A stretch of DNA of 64,000 nucleotides from an uncultured virus (IMG/VR IMGVR_UViG_3300022198_000005) (Duplodnaviria > Heunggongvirae > Uroviricota > Caudoviricetes), in the IMG/VR virus record IMGVR_UViG_3300022198_000005; one strand, written 5' to 3'. Below are positions 48,187 through 56,372 of this stretch, one piece after another. Each line of letters starts with the position of its first letter. Within the stretch, counting starts at the first letter, position 1. Made by a program: the position numbers and the translations under genes. The notes beneath the pieces are model-generated. The model worked only from the letters and a program-made list of their open reading frames with translations, had not been told where the DNA came from and searched no databases.

Positions 48187-48268
48187 TTTTGGATCAGATA
48201 GCTGGGTTTGCTCGCTCTAGGCATCCGGTGAAGACGATACATTACTGCTCGTCAGATCCAAAACCATC

Positions 48269-48297
48269 ATTATACTACGCTTTTATCTATATGTACA
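48269..48297 (-). promoter_or_regulatory. Sigma70-like promoter of the tmRNA
   Basis: TGTACA-N17-TATAAT, with TATAGATA in the spacer. Confidence 0.75.
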
Positions 48298-48313
48298 TAT
48301 AGAACTAAAGTAT

Positions 48314-49177
48314 TTATTTCCAAAGTTTTCTTGATTCGTTCTTTGTCTTGTCAGAGAGTGGAACATAATCGAGTTCTTCTGCGATCTGATCGTTATTATA
48401 ACACCATTCAAAGAACTCGTACACTGCTTTTGTGTTCTTTCCGTCTGGATATACGATGATGAATGTCTGTGCTGTGATAACCCAGTCACCAGACTTGAAC
48501 GTATCGGCACTTGGTGCTATACCATTAAGCGTAGTTGTTGTAAGATCATTTTGTTTGGCATAAGCGTATTCAACATATCCGATGGTTCCTTTTACTTGTT
48601 GAACCATAGCAGCCACGCCTGCATTACCTTTTCCGCCGACAGCATTGCCTAACCACTTTACAGCTTTACCAGGTTTCAACTTAAATTCTTTTGAGTTGTC
48701 AGCGAGGTATGTAGTAAAGATCGCAGTAGTTCCAGATCCATCAGATCGATGAGCGATCGTGACAGGCATGTCTGGTAGACTTGAATCGACCTCTTTCCAA
48801 TTCTTTATGTCACTAGAAAATAAGCGCGCGACTTGATCAGTCGTAAGGTTGAGTTGATTTTTTTCTACTCCGGGTAGATTCACTACGATAACTACACCGC
48901 CCATGACGGTGGGAAATTGAACTTGACCGTTCTTTTCAAGGTCTTCTTTTTTGACAGCCACATCAGATGCACCAAAGTCAACGGTCTTTGCGTTGATCTG
49001 TTTGATGCCACCACTCGAACCGATGGACTGATAGTTAATCTGTTTGCCAGTTTGTTTTTCGTATTCTGCTGCCCACTTAAAGTAGACAGGAGCAGGAAAC
49101 GATGCACCCGCACCAATCGTAGCTGCGTGTGAAGTGAGTGTGAATAATGCTGCTAGAGCCGCGATGATTGATTTCAT
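48314..49177 (-). CDS. pstS: Phosphate ABC transporter periplasmic binding protein
   Basis: Signal peptide; GAGASFPAP, YQSIGSSGG, DFGASD, HRSDGSGTT, GGKGNAGV, IGYVE. Confidence 0.95.
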   Translation of the reverse strand: MKSIIAALAALFTLTSHAATIGAGASFPAPVYFKWAAEYEKQTGKQINYQSIGSSGGIKQINAKTVDFGASDVAVKKEDLEKNGQVQFPTVMGGVVIVVNLPGVEKNQLNLTTDQVARLFSSDIKNWKEVDSSLPDMPVTIAHRSDGSGTTAIFTTYLADNSKEFKLKPGKAVKWLGNAVGGKGNAGVAAMVQQVKGTIGYVEYAYAKQNDLTTTTLNGIAPSADTFKSGDWVITAQTFIIVYPDGKNTKAVYEFFEWCYNNDQIAEELDYVPLSDKTKNESRKLWK

Positions 49178-49258
49178 TTGTTCTCCTTTTATGTAAGCCC
49201 TATGCTTACATCGTTATCTATGGGGAGAATTGTTACGAGGGTATTACAATCGCATGTT

Positions 49259-49675
49259 TTACGAAATATTTTTCCATTTCACTTGGCCTGCAGCAGGATG
49301 GCCAGATGGATACTTCTCATTATCCTTATTTGTAAAATGCTCTACACCAACAACTTTACGACCACTCATACCAATATGAAAATCAATACGATGACGTACA
49401 CCTTGATTACCCGTCACAGCATGAATCGTGTGCATGTCATACTTATTTCCAACAGAAGACTTCTCTACAGAATGTGCAAAGCCTTGTTGTCCAGCACCCA
49501 TGATGTGTTGCTTATATAACGGGTGCTTCATCACAACATTCATGGTTGCACGACCAAAGTGCTGCATAGCTTCTTTACCACTCATCACCTTAGGCTTGCC
49601 AGACGCGTCCCTTTTCGGAGGCTCAGGCATCTTTGTTGCAGCCATCTCTGCGATGTGACTTCTAAAGTTTTTCAT
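49259..49675 (-). CDS. Putative internal head protein
   Basis: MKNFRSHIAE resembles the T4 capsid-targeting sequence; TATAAATA at 49726-49733. Confidence 0.6.
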   Translation of the reverse strand: MKNFRSHIAEMAATKMPEPPKRDASGKPKVMSGKEAMQHFGRATMNVVMKHPLYKQHIMGAGQQGFAHSVEKSSVGNKYDMHTIHAVTGNQGVRHRIDFHIGMSGRKVVGVEHFTNKDNEKYPSGHPAAGQVKWKNIS

Positions 49676-49737
49676 TGATTATTGGACGTTGTTGTGTATC
49701 CATTGCCAGTATTCTTCTACTGTCATATTTATACCTC

Positions 49738-49863
49738 CTAAAAAATCTTGTTGAGTAACCAAATGATCAAGAATACGAGACACATAAAGCACACGCCTAA
49801 GACGAAACCAGCAGCAAAGTAATGCTGATTCGTCAATGCGAACTTTATAGTAGACTCAATCAT
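49738..49863 (-). CDS. Small membrane protein (41 aa)
   Basis: Manually translated MIESTIKFALTNQHYFAAGFVLGVCFMCLVFLIIWLLNKIF. Confidence 0.5.
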   Translation of the reverse strand: MIESTIKFALTNQHYFAAGFVLGVCFMCLVFLIIWLLNKIF

Positions 49864-50614
49864 TTGCCTTTGTTGAGATCAATCGTATAAGCTGCCAACC
49901 AAAGTCAAACTCCCACCACTTCTGTCCGAACTTAGCAGACGATGCCTTATGGTGATGGTTATTATGCCATCCTTCTCCCCATAAAAAGTATCCAGTGAAT
50001 ATGTTGTTTACGCTCTTATCTTTTGTCTCATAGCTCCTATAGCCAAAAGAATGGTTTACTGTATTTACAAGGCCTCCTGCCACAAACAGCAAGATGCCAG
50101 GAGTCAAGTACGCATATGTGATAGCATAAGGTTCAATAACTAGCAAAAGCAACACGTACAACCCTGAAACGGCCCAATGGTACTTATGTAAGAAAGATAT
50201 GTAAGGTGACCTTATCATGTCAGGAGCATTCGTGATAAAGAATTTAGGCGGTTTATCTTCTATCATACGAAAGATGATACGAAACCATGACACGTGTATT
50301 GGGCTGTGAGGATCCTTAGCCTCATCAGAGTATCGATGATGGGCTCGATGCACTGCTACCCATATGATAGCACTCGTAGAAGAAAACAGCGTGAACAAGA
50401 GTACCATCGGGTTGATGATCCAAGCTGATGCTTCGAAACTACGATGAGTTAGATACCTATGAATGATAACAGTATCAATCACTCCCAAGACAAAGTAGAT
50501 CGATAAGACGATCGACCATTCTAGCCATCCTCCTGTCAGGATCGTATAGACGAGAGAAAGCACGCCTAAGATGGCAAATATCTCTTGACTTTTCTTACTT
50601 GGAGCTAGGTTCAT
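49856..50614 (-). CDS. Membrane fatty acid desaturase #6
   Basis: HRYLTH, HRAHH, DPHSP, GEGWHNNHH; ATG 6 nt after TATAAATA. Confidence 0.92.
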   Translation of the reverse strand: MNLAPSKKSQEIFAILGVLSLVYTILTGGWLEWSIVLSIYFVLGVIDTVIIHRYLTHRSFEASAWIINPMVLLFTLFSSTSAIIWVAVHRAHHRYSDEAKDPHSPIHVSWFRIIFRMIEDKPPKFFITNAPDMIRSPYISFLHKYHWAVSGLYVLLLLVIEPYAITYAYLTPGILLFVAGGLVNTVNHSFGYRSYETKDKSVNNIFTGYFLWGEGWHNNHHHKASSAKFGQKWWEFDFGWQLIRLISTKAND

Positions 50615-50620
50615 ACACAA

Positions 50621-50632
50621 TATTTATAAATA
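50621..50632. promoter_or_regulatory. Bidirectional T4-type late promoter
   Basis: Palindrome TATTTATAAATA gives TATAAATA on both strands between divergent genes. Confidence 0.7.
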
Positions 50633-50708
50633 GCTTATAAGCTTGGGAAGCGACTTGAACACCTTCAGTTATGTTACATTATACCATAAAACATAACTGG
50701 AGGACACC

Positions 50709-51506
50709 GTGCGCAAAGTCATAGCTGCGTGTATATTATGCGTGACAGCATCTGTAAGTGCTCAAACATACGATAGCACAACTCGCGTAGACACTAATAA
50801 TGACTCTACGTCTACGAGTACTGTCACGAGCACTAATACAAACACTAATAATAACACCAACGTCAATACGAACACAACGACGGTGGATAGTACTTCGACT
50901 GCTACGAACACAAATAATAATACGAACGTGAACACGTCTACATCGACGAGTACTGCCACGTCCACGAACACGAATAACAATAGTAACGTTAACACAAACA
51001 CGAGTACAAGTACAAATACGAACGTCAATCAGAATGTAAACTCTGGTGACATGACGAACCGTAACATCAACGACTCAAAAGTTGAGCAGACGGTAAAGTC
51101 TCCGCCTCCTACTGCCGTGGCACCAGCAATGATGAGCGGTGGTGGTAATGACTTGTGTACCACTGGTGTCAGTGGTGCTGTGCAGACTCAGATCCTCGGC
51201 ATCTCTGGTGGCTCAACCGTCAGAGACTTAAACTGTGAGAGATTGAAGAACGCTAAGACTCTCTATGACATGGGAATGAAGGTTGCGGCAGTGTCAGTGA
51301 TGTGTCAAGATCGTAGGGTCTTTGATGCGATGTGGCATGCTGGTACACCTTGTCCGTTTGAAGGTCAGATTGGTGAAGCTGCGAAGAAGGCTTGGTCAGA
51401 ATGGCCAGATCGTGTCCCTAAACCAGAAACAACGAAAGAAGATGCAGGCTATCAAAAGATCCTTATTGGCATTGGTCTTGCTGCTGTGCTCGGCGTCATA
51501 TTCTAA
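50709..51506 (+). CDS. Secreted, C-terminally anchored protein with Thr/Asn-rich repeats
   Basis: GGAGG SD + GTG; signal peptide; TNTNNN repeats; four-Cys domain; C-terminal TM. Confidence 0.75.
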   Translation: MRKVIAACILCVTASVSAQTYDSTTRVDTNNDSTSTSTVTSTNTNTNNNTNVNTNTTTVDSTSTATNTNNNTNVNTSTSTSTATSTNTNNNSNVNTNTSTSTNTNVNQNVNSGDMTNRNINDSKVEQTVKSPPPTAVAPAMMSGGGNDLCTTGVSGAVQTQILGISGGSTVRDLNCERLKNAKTLYDMGMKVAAVSVMCQDRRVFDAMWHAGTPCPFEGQIGEAAKKAWSEWPDRVPKPETTKEDAGYQKILIGIGLAAVLGVIF

Positions 51507-52857
51507 CGCACAAGTAAGTACGACTGGCGACTTAATCCAAAACAATGCTTGGACAGGTTGTTGGACACCCACTGCCGATGGCTTTTGGGGTGGGACTTCT
51601 GGTGGACCGTGTCCTGGCATTAGTAATCATGGGTATGCTAATAGTAATCAAATCATCTTTAGTTATCAACAGCAAACGATAAGTCAGACTACTGCTCTTG
51701 CAAACGCGCTGCCTAACTCTGGTACTGGTTTACAAGTGAATGGTTATAACTGGCACTGGCATGTAAAGAACTCAAACATCAATGATGGACAACCCGGTAG
51801 TTATGATAGTACCGCTTACGTTACTGTTGACTTGTTAAGTGCTTCAGGCTCCATCCTTGAATCTGACAAGTATGATTATGGTTACAGAATATCTGATTGG
51901 ATCAATCCAAGTGGTACAAGGACATATACAAATCCATATAGTTTAGCATCAGCCGATTCAATTCGATTGAGCTTGACTGGTAAAGATGATGGGTTCTGGG
52001 CAGGTTACTGGGGTCCAGAGTTCATGCACGTTACATTGTCAGTTAATTACTCAGTGGATCCATGTTATGACAATCCATTTTATTCACCTACATGTCCAGG
52101 GTTTGCAGAAGCTTTGGCAAAACTAACGGCTTCAGCGACATCACCCATAGAAGAAACAACAGGAGTGCCTGAAGTCGTATCATATGGTAATAACAACACC
52201 TCAAGTGCACCGACTGAAGAACCTACTGTAGCAACTACTCCAACCGTTGATGCTGGTGGCATTGAAGTCTCCACTACTGGAGAGCTATCGATCCCAGGAG
52301 ATACACCAAAGGAAAAGAAAGAAGTCGTAGTAGAGGAAAAAGAAAAGACACGGCCTGCAGTTGACTATAGCTTGATCTCTGCTGTGGTACGACAAGCGAC
52401 TGACTTGACAAACGTGATGAGTGTGGTAAACCAAAGCATCATGCAGTCAACCACATCTCAGTTCGTAAGTGAATCCTCATCTACTGGTATAGAAGAAGTC
52501 CTGACGACAGAGGTTGTACAACAGTCAACATCACAAGAATCTCCAGTCACGAGTGTGATGATGAGTCAAGACACGAGTTCAGAGCCTGCTCAAGCTGAGA
52601 CCACTACGACTCAGCAGCAACCTCAGCAACAAGCGAAGAAGCAACCAAACGAAGCTGCAGCCGGAGGTGTGAGCATGGATGCTTTCGCAAAGGCACCAGC
52701 AGGGTTCAGTGCATATCAGACGTCGATGGCTGACGCAGCGTTCTATGAACCAAAAGAGATTTATAAAGGTCAAGTCAATGTGGATAATCGTAAAGCATTG
52801 AGAGGACTTGGCTCAGACCGATTACATCAGGAGATGGTAAGACAGCAGTATCGATAA
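51442..52857 (+). CDS. Secreted protein with beta-sandwich-like domain and Ser/Thr/Gln/Glu-rich tail
   Basis: Signal peptide from ATG 51442; GKDDGFWAGYWGP; DPCYDNPFYSPTCPGF. Confidence 0.7.
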   Translation: MQAIKRSLLALVLLLCSASYSNAQVSTTGDLIQNNAWTGCWTPTADGFWGGTSGGPCPGISNHGYANSNQIIFSYQQQTISQTTALANALPNSGTGLQVNGYNWHWHVKNSNINDGQPGSYDSTAYVTVDLLSASGSILESDKYDYGYRISDWINPSGTRTYTNPYSLASADSIRLSLTGKDDGFWAGYWGPEFMHVTLSVNYSVDPCYDNPFYSPTCPGFAEALAKLTASATSPIEETTGVPEVVSYGNNNTSSAPTEEPTVATTPTVDAGGIEVSTTGELSIPGDTPKEKKEVVVEEKEKTRPAVDYSLISAVVRQATDLTNVMSVVNQSIMQSTTSQFVSESSSTGIEEVLTTEVVQQSTSQESPVTSVMMSQDTSSEPAQAETTTTQQQPQQQAKKQPNEAAAGGVSMDAFAKAPAGFSAYQTSMADAAFYEPKEIYKGQVNVDNRKALRGLGSDRLHQEMVRQQYR

Positions 52858-52867
52858 GGAGGGTTCA

Positions 52868-52987
52868 ATGAGCTGGTTCAAACATAGACCTAGACCGAAA
52901 GATGGAGTGGCGCATCCTCCAAAGAAGAATACGCCGATCCAAAGACAGTTAAGAGAACAAGATAAACCAAAAGAGAAAAAAAAATAA
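52868..52987 (+). CDS. Small basic protein (39 aa)
   Basis: AAGGAGG SD; MSWFKHRPRPK... Confidence 0.55.
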   Translation: MSWFKHRPRPKDGVAHPPKKNTPIQRQLREQDKPKEKKK

Positions 52988-53127
52988 TGGTTACGACAGC
53001 ATTTGTAGCAGGCTTTTTTACTGCACTAGGTTTTTGGACCGCTGGCAAACTTACTGATAAAGTTGATGCGGCAATGGAACCACCCGCAATAGAACAAAAA
53101 ATAGAGGCAGAAGAAAATGGCAAGTAA
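52987..53127 (+). CDS. Small membrane protein (46 aa)
   Basis: TAATG coupling; MVTTAFVAGFFTALGFW... Confidence 0.55.
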   Translation: MVTTAFVAGFFTALGFWTAGKLTDKVDAAMEPPAIEQKIEAEENGK

Positions 53128-53677
53128 AGACTTAGGCGAAGGAATCGAGAACTTTGAAGAGGAAGTAGAAAACCTCAAGAACAAAGAGTTTCGTCTATTT
53201 GGCATTAAGATGACTGCGATGACGATAAGCGCAGCGTTTGCGATCATATCAGCTGGTCTCGGCTCGCTGTATGGAGCATTTGAGGTATACAAGGACTATA
53301 TGTCCATGAAAGAGGCTATATCGACCTATGTGGCACCAGACCTCTCAGCTATCAATGAAAAGATGGCAGTGCTAGAAAAAGAGATGCAGTCTACTGCAAA
53401 AGAGGTAAATACAATAAAGAATGCAGTGAATGAGTCTGCTCAGTATACAGCTGATATTAAGAATGACCTGAAGAGTGACATCAGAAGGATTGAAAAGGTA
53501 GTAGAAGGAGTAGAAAGATCTTCGAAAGAGCAGCAACGTCAGGTTGATGCTGACTTGAAGGTAGCAAGGAACGAGATGCGTGACTTGCAAAAACAAGTTG
53601 ATAATGATCTAAAGGAGGTTCGTAAAGAGCTAGAGAATAAAATTAAGGAGGCTTTGGATAATCCATTAGCCAATTAA
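53117..53677 (+). CDS. Membrane-anchored coiled-coil protein
   Basis: One TM followed by long heptads ending ALDNPLAN. Confidence 0.7.
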   Translation: MASKDLGEGIENFEEEVENLKNKEFRLFGIKMTAMTISAAFAIISAGLGSLYGAFEVYKDYMSMKEAISTYVAPDLSAINEKMAVLEKEMQSTAKEVNTIKNAVNESAQYTADIKNDLKSDIRRIEKVVEGVERSSKEQQRQVDADLKVARNEMRDLQKQVDNDLKEVRKELENKIKEALDNPLAN

Positions 53678-53686
53678 GGAGGAACT

Positions 53687-53941
53687 ATGGACGATCGTAA
53701 GAGCGTAAGATGGCTCGGATTATTGATTTTTGTCCCTATTATCTTCGCTATGTTTGGTGGCGATCGTTATCGTTACCCTTGTCAGGACCCTGAAAATTGG
53801 TCCCTCGGAGAATGTCAGAAGCCTCAGTGCCTGAGCGATGGCACATGTCCAGATCAACTCGTCGGTAAACCAAAAGCCATGGCGAGTGTATCACCTGTAA
53901 CACCCACATTACCAAAACCTGAAGTAGGAGTTTGTAAATGA
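53687..53941 (+). CDS. Small membrane protein with Cys-rich domain
   Basis: AAGGAGG SD; TM; RYRYPCQDPENW...C..P.C...GTCP. Confidence 0.7.
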   Translation: MDDRKSVRWLGLLIFVPIIFAMFGGDRYRYPCQDPENWSLGECQKPQCLSDGTCPDQLVGKPKAMASVSPVTPTLPKPEVGVCK

Positions 53942-54372
53942 AACTTGAAAACCCATTTAAGAAAGACCCTAACGCTCCAAAGGAAGAGAAGTTCCTCTAT
54001 ACTGAAGAGCAGTTGATGGCTCGTTTGAAGTTTGTAGTTGGTATCTGTTTGGCTTTCACTTTGTTTGGCATCGTGTTTGTCGTCTTATACTCTCTCGTCT
54101 TCGTCACTCAACCGATGAATGCTATTTCTCCGGTCGATCAAAAGTTCTTTGAACTGATTGTCCCTATCGCAACGTTCTTGACTGGTACCTTATCAGGTAT
54201 AATGCTAGCTGATAGGACTCCAAACGGGCAACCGCAACCGCCTAAGCCTGCAGCTCCGACAGCTCCTACGTTGTCAGCTCCTGCCCCTGCCCCTGCGCCT
54301 GTGGCACCTAAGCCTCCGATGGTTTCTGTACCACCAAAAGTCGCCGTACCACCAGCCCCATTGAAGGAGTAA
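53938..54372 (+). CDS. Two-TM membrane protein with Pro-rich tail (holin candidate)
   Basis: Two hydrophobic helices directly upstream of the endolysin. Confidence 0.55.
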   Translation: MKLENPFKKDPNAPKEEKFLYTEEQLMARLKFVVGICLAFTLFGIVFVVLYSLVFVTQPMNAISPVDQKFFELIVPIATFLTGTLSGIMLADRTPNGQPQPPKPAAPTAPTLSAPAPAPAPVAPKPPMVSVPPKVAVPPAPLKE

Positions 54373-54374
54373 AT

Positions 54375-55001
54375 ATGAGTTTTGAATTTGATTTTTCCGC
54401 AGAGAAACTAGGTCACATCATCCCTAATGCCGCTTATGGCGTAGAGGTGTGGCATGCAGAACTGAGTGAACTGTTGCCTGTCTTTGAGATCACTTCGGTC
54501 GCACGTGTTGCTGCTTTTGTGGCTCAAACTGCACACGAGTCAGGTGGATATAGAGCGCTAGCTGAGAACCTAAACTATTCAGGCGATTCTCTATGTAAAG
54601 TTTGGCCTAAGCACTTTAACGCAGACAACAAGGACGAGTATCATCGTAACCCTGAGAAGATCGCGAATCGTGCCTATCGTAACCGCATGGGCAACGGCGA
54701 TGAGGACACCGGTGATGGATGGAACTATCGTGGTCGTGGACTTATCCAGTTGACTGGTAAAAACAACTATAGTAAGTTTGCTGAGTATGCTGAGATCGCG
54801 GTTGAAGATGCACCTGGTTACATCGAGACTCCGCGTGGTGCAGTGCACTCTGCTTGCTGGTTCTGGTACGCCAATGACTTGAATACATTTGCTGATGCAG
54901 GTGACTTCGTTGGGATGACTAAGCGTATCAATGGCGGTACGATCGGCCTTGAAGATCGTATCAAGCACTATAACGAAGCAGTGGAGGTATTCTCAGGATG
55001 A
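54375..55001 (+). CDS. GH19 (chitinase-fold) endolysin
   Basis: AQTAHESGG, ENLNYS, YRGRGLIQLTGKNNY, TKRINGG..GLEDR. Confidence 0.9.
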   Translation: MSFEFDFSAEKLGHIIPNAAYGVEVWHAELSELLPVFEITSVARVAAFVAQTAHESGGYRALAENLNYSGDSLCKVWPKHFNADNKDEYHRNPEKIANRAYRNRMGNGDEDTGDGWNYRGRGLIQLTGKNNYSKFAEYAEIAVEDAPGYIETPRGAVHSACWFWYANDLNTFADAGDFVGMTKRINGGTIGLEDRIKHYNEAVEVFSG

Positions 55002-55231
55002 AGTACTTACTCGCAATCTTCCTCTCATTCGGGTTGATCGCTCCTACGTATGCAAGCTCTAAGCCTGCGCCGAAGGTCGACTGCTCGGTAAAGAAGAACC
55101 AAAAGAAGCTTGAATGCAAAGAAGCTCCTAAGTCCGACGTCAAGGTTGAAGTAAAAAAACCGAAGAAAGTCGATCGCCAAGCTCCATCATCAGTAAAGAA
55201 GAAAGCTGAGGAGAAAACCAAGGAGAAGTAA
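54998..55231 (+). CDS. Small secreted Lys-rich protein
   Basis: Signal peptide, two Cys. Confidence 0.6.
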   Translation: MKYLLAIFLSFGLIAPTYASSKPAPKVDCSVKKNQKKLECKEAPKSDVKVEVKKPKKVDRQAPSSVKKKAEEKTKEK

Positions 55232-55698
55232 TGATAGACCCCGTAACTGCATTTGCAGCAGCGAGTGCAGCTTTTAAGGGGGTACAGACCTTAGTAAATC
55301 ATGGTCGTGAAATAGAAGATGTATTTGGACAGTTAGCTAAATGGGCCGAAGCTGTCTCTGACCTACAAGAATGGATGGGACAGAAGTCTAAGCCCTCTAT
55401 CTTTAAGAAGCTAACTTTTCGAGATGATACCAAAGCAGCGCTAGAGACTGTCATGTACCGTCAAAAGCTAGCTGCGATGGAAAAAGAGATCCGCGAAATG
55501 TTCCAGTGGTATGGACCACCAGGAGCATATGAGGAGTTCATAAAAGAAAGGCGTCTTATCAAAGCCCGTAGAGAGAAAATGATCTACGAACAGATAAGAC
55601 GCCGAAAGGCTTTTGTAGAATATAGTCTAGCGTTTGGTCTGGTTGCTGCGACGCTTGGCGGAATCGCTTGGATCTTCGCTGTCATCCTGACCATTTAA
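55231..55698 (+). CDS. Hypothetical membrane protein
   Basis: MIDPVTAFAAA N-terminus, C-terminal TM. Confidence 0.7.
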   Translation: MIDPVTAFAAASAAFKGVQTLVNHGREIEDVFGQLAKWAEAVSDLQEWMGQKSKPSIFKKLTFRDDTKAALETVMYRQKLAAMEKEIREMFQWYGPPGAYEEFIKERRLIKARREKMIYEQIRRRKAFVEYSLAFGLVAATLGGIAWIFAVILTI

Positions 55699-55968
55699 GT
55701 CATGGATGTATAACTGAATCAGCGCATAGTGTAGAACTTTCATTAGATCCTTACGGGCATCAGACTTGGTGCCCTTTTTACCATAACGCTGTGCATACTT
55801 AAGCACATTACCAATACAAAAGCCTGTTCCATGGCCACCGTCGATGACAAATTCGGTGGCTTGGAACTTATTCACAGAATAGTGACCACTATAAGTCGAG
55901 TCAATATAACGTTTGAACTCGTTGATATGGATGTCCTCATCAAACTTGTAAGTGATAGGAGTAGTCAT
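55627..55968 (-). CDS. DUF3310-like conserved phage protein
   Basis: YIDSTYSGHY, GFCIGNVLKYAQRYGKK, DLMKVLHY. Confidence 0.8.
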   Translation of the reverse strand: MTTPITYKFDEDIHINEFKRYIDSTYSGHYSVNKFQATEFVIDGGHGTGFCIGNVLKYAQRYGKKGTKSDARKDLMKVLHYALIQLYIHDLNGQDDSEDPSDSAKRRSNQTKR

Positions 55969-55995
55969 GTGTGGCCAGTATCCTGTGAATGATGC

Positions 55996-56286
55996 TTAGG
56001 CGAAGAAGCCAGCCGTAGTAGTAGCAACCGTCGCACGGCTAGGCTTGAAGAAGCCAGCTGCCGTAGCAGTAGCAACCATCGCACGGCTAGGCTTGCCGAT
56101 GCGATACTTTGTCACACGCTCGCCATTGCGCAGCGTAGATTCGTTCGCATACACGCACACGCCGTTTTTACGCAGTTGGCTGATAGCCGCAGTAGGATTG
56201 GCCAAACCGAACATGCCGGTAATTTGACGAGCGGTAACGGTAGAGCCACTGTTCAAAAAGGCTTCGAGTTTACCAAGTTTAGTCAT
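55996..56286 (-). CDS. Small basic winged-HTH-like protein
   Basis: TARQI..FGLANPTAAISQLR..G..VYAN...KYRIGKPSR. Confidence 0.7.
   Translation of the reverse strand: MTKLGKLEAFLNSGSTVTARQITGMFGLANPTAAISQLRKNGVCVYANESTLRNGERVTKYRIGKPSRAMVATATAAGFFKPSRATVATTTAGFFA
56002..56094. repeat. Imperfect tandem duplication (45 + 48 bp)
   Basis: GAAGAAGCCAGC...GCACGGCTAGGCTT occurs twice in tandem. Confidence 0.85.
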
Positions 56287-56372
56287 GAAAATACTCCATA
56301 ATGAAACAACCCTCCTATCAAAAGCCGCTAAGGAAACGAGGGTAGCTTTTCCTTAGCAACGCATACATGTAT

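Noticed and set aside
48187..48263. Hammerhead ribozyme (CUGACGAG present)
   Set aside because: No GAAA core or NUH site in the correct geometry
33242..50614. Captured bacterial chromosome segment or chimeric assembly
   Set aside because: Phage-type promoters, compact overlapping genes, a capsid-targeting-like gene and similar composition run through it; read-level support could not be checked
50790..51030. Repetitive ACGAAC/AATAAC-rich DNA as a CRISPR or satellite array
   Set aside because: The repetition is at the protein level (Thr/Asn codons vary); there is no fixed repeat-spacer structure
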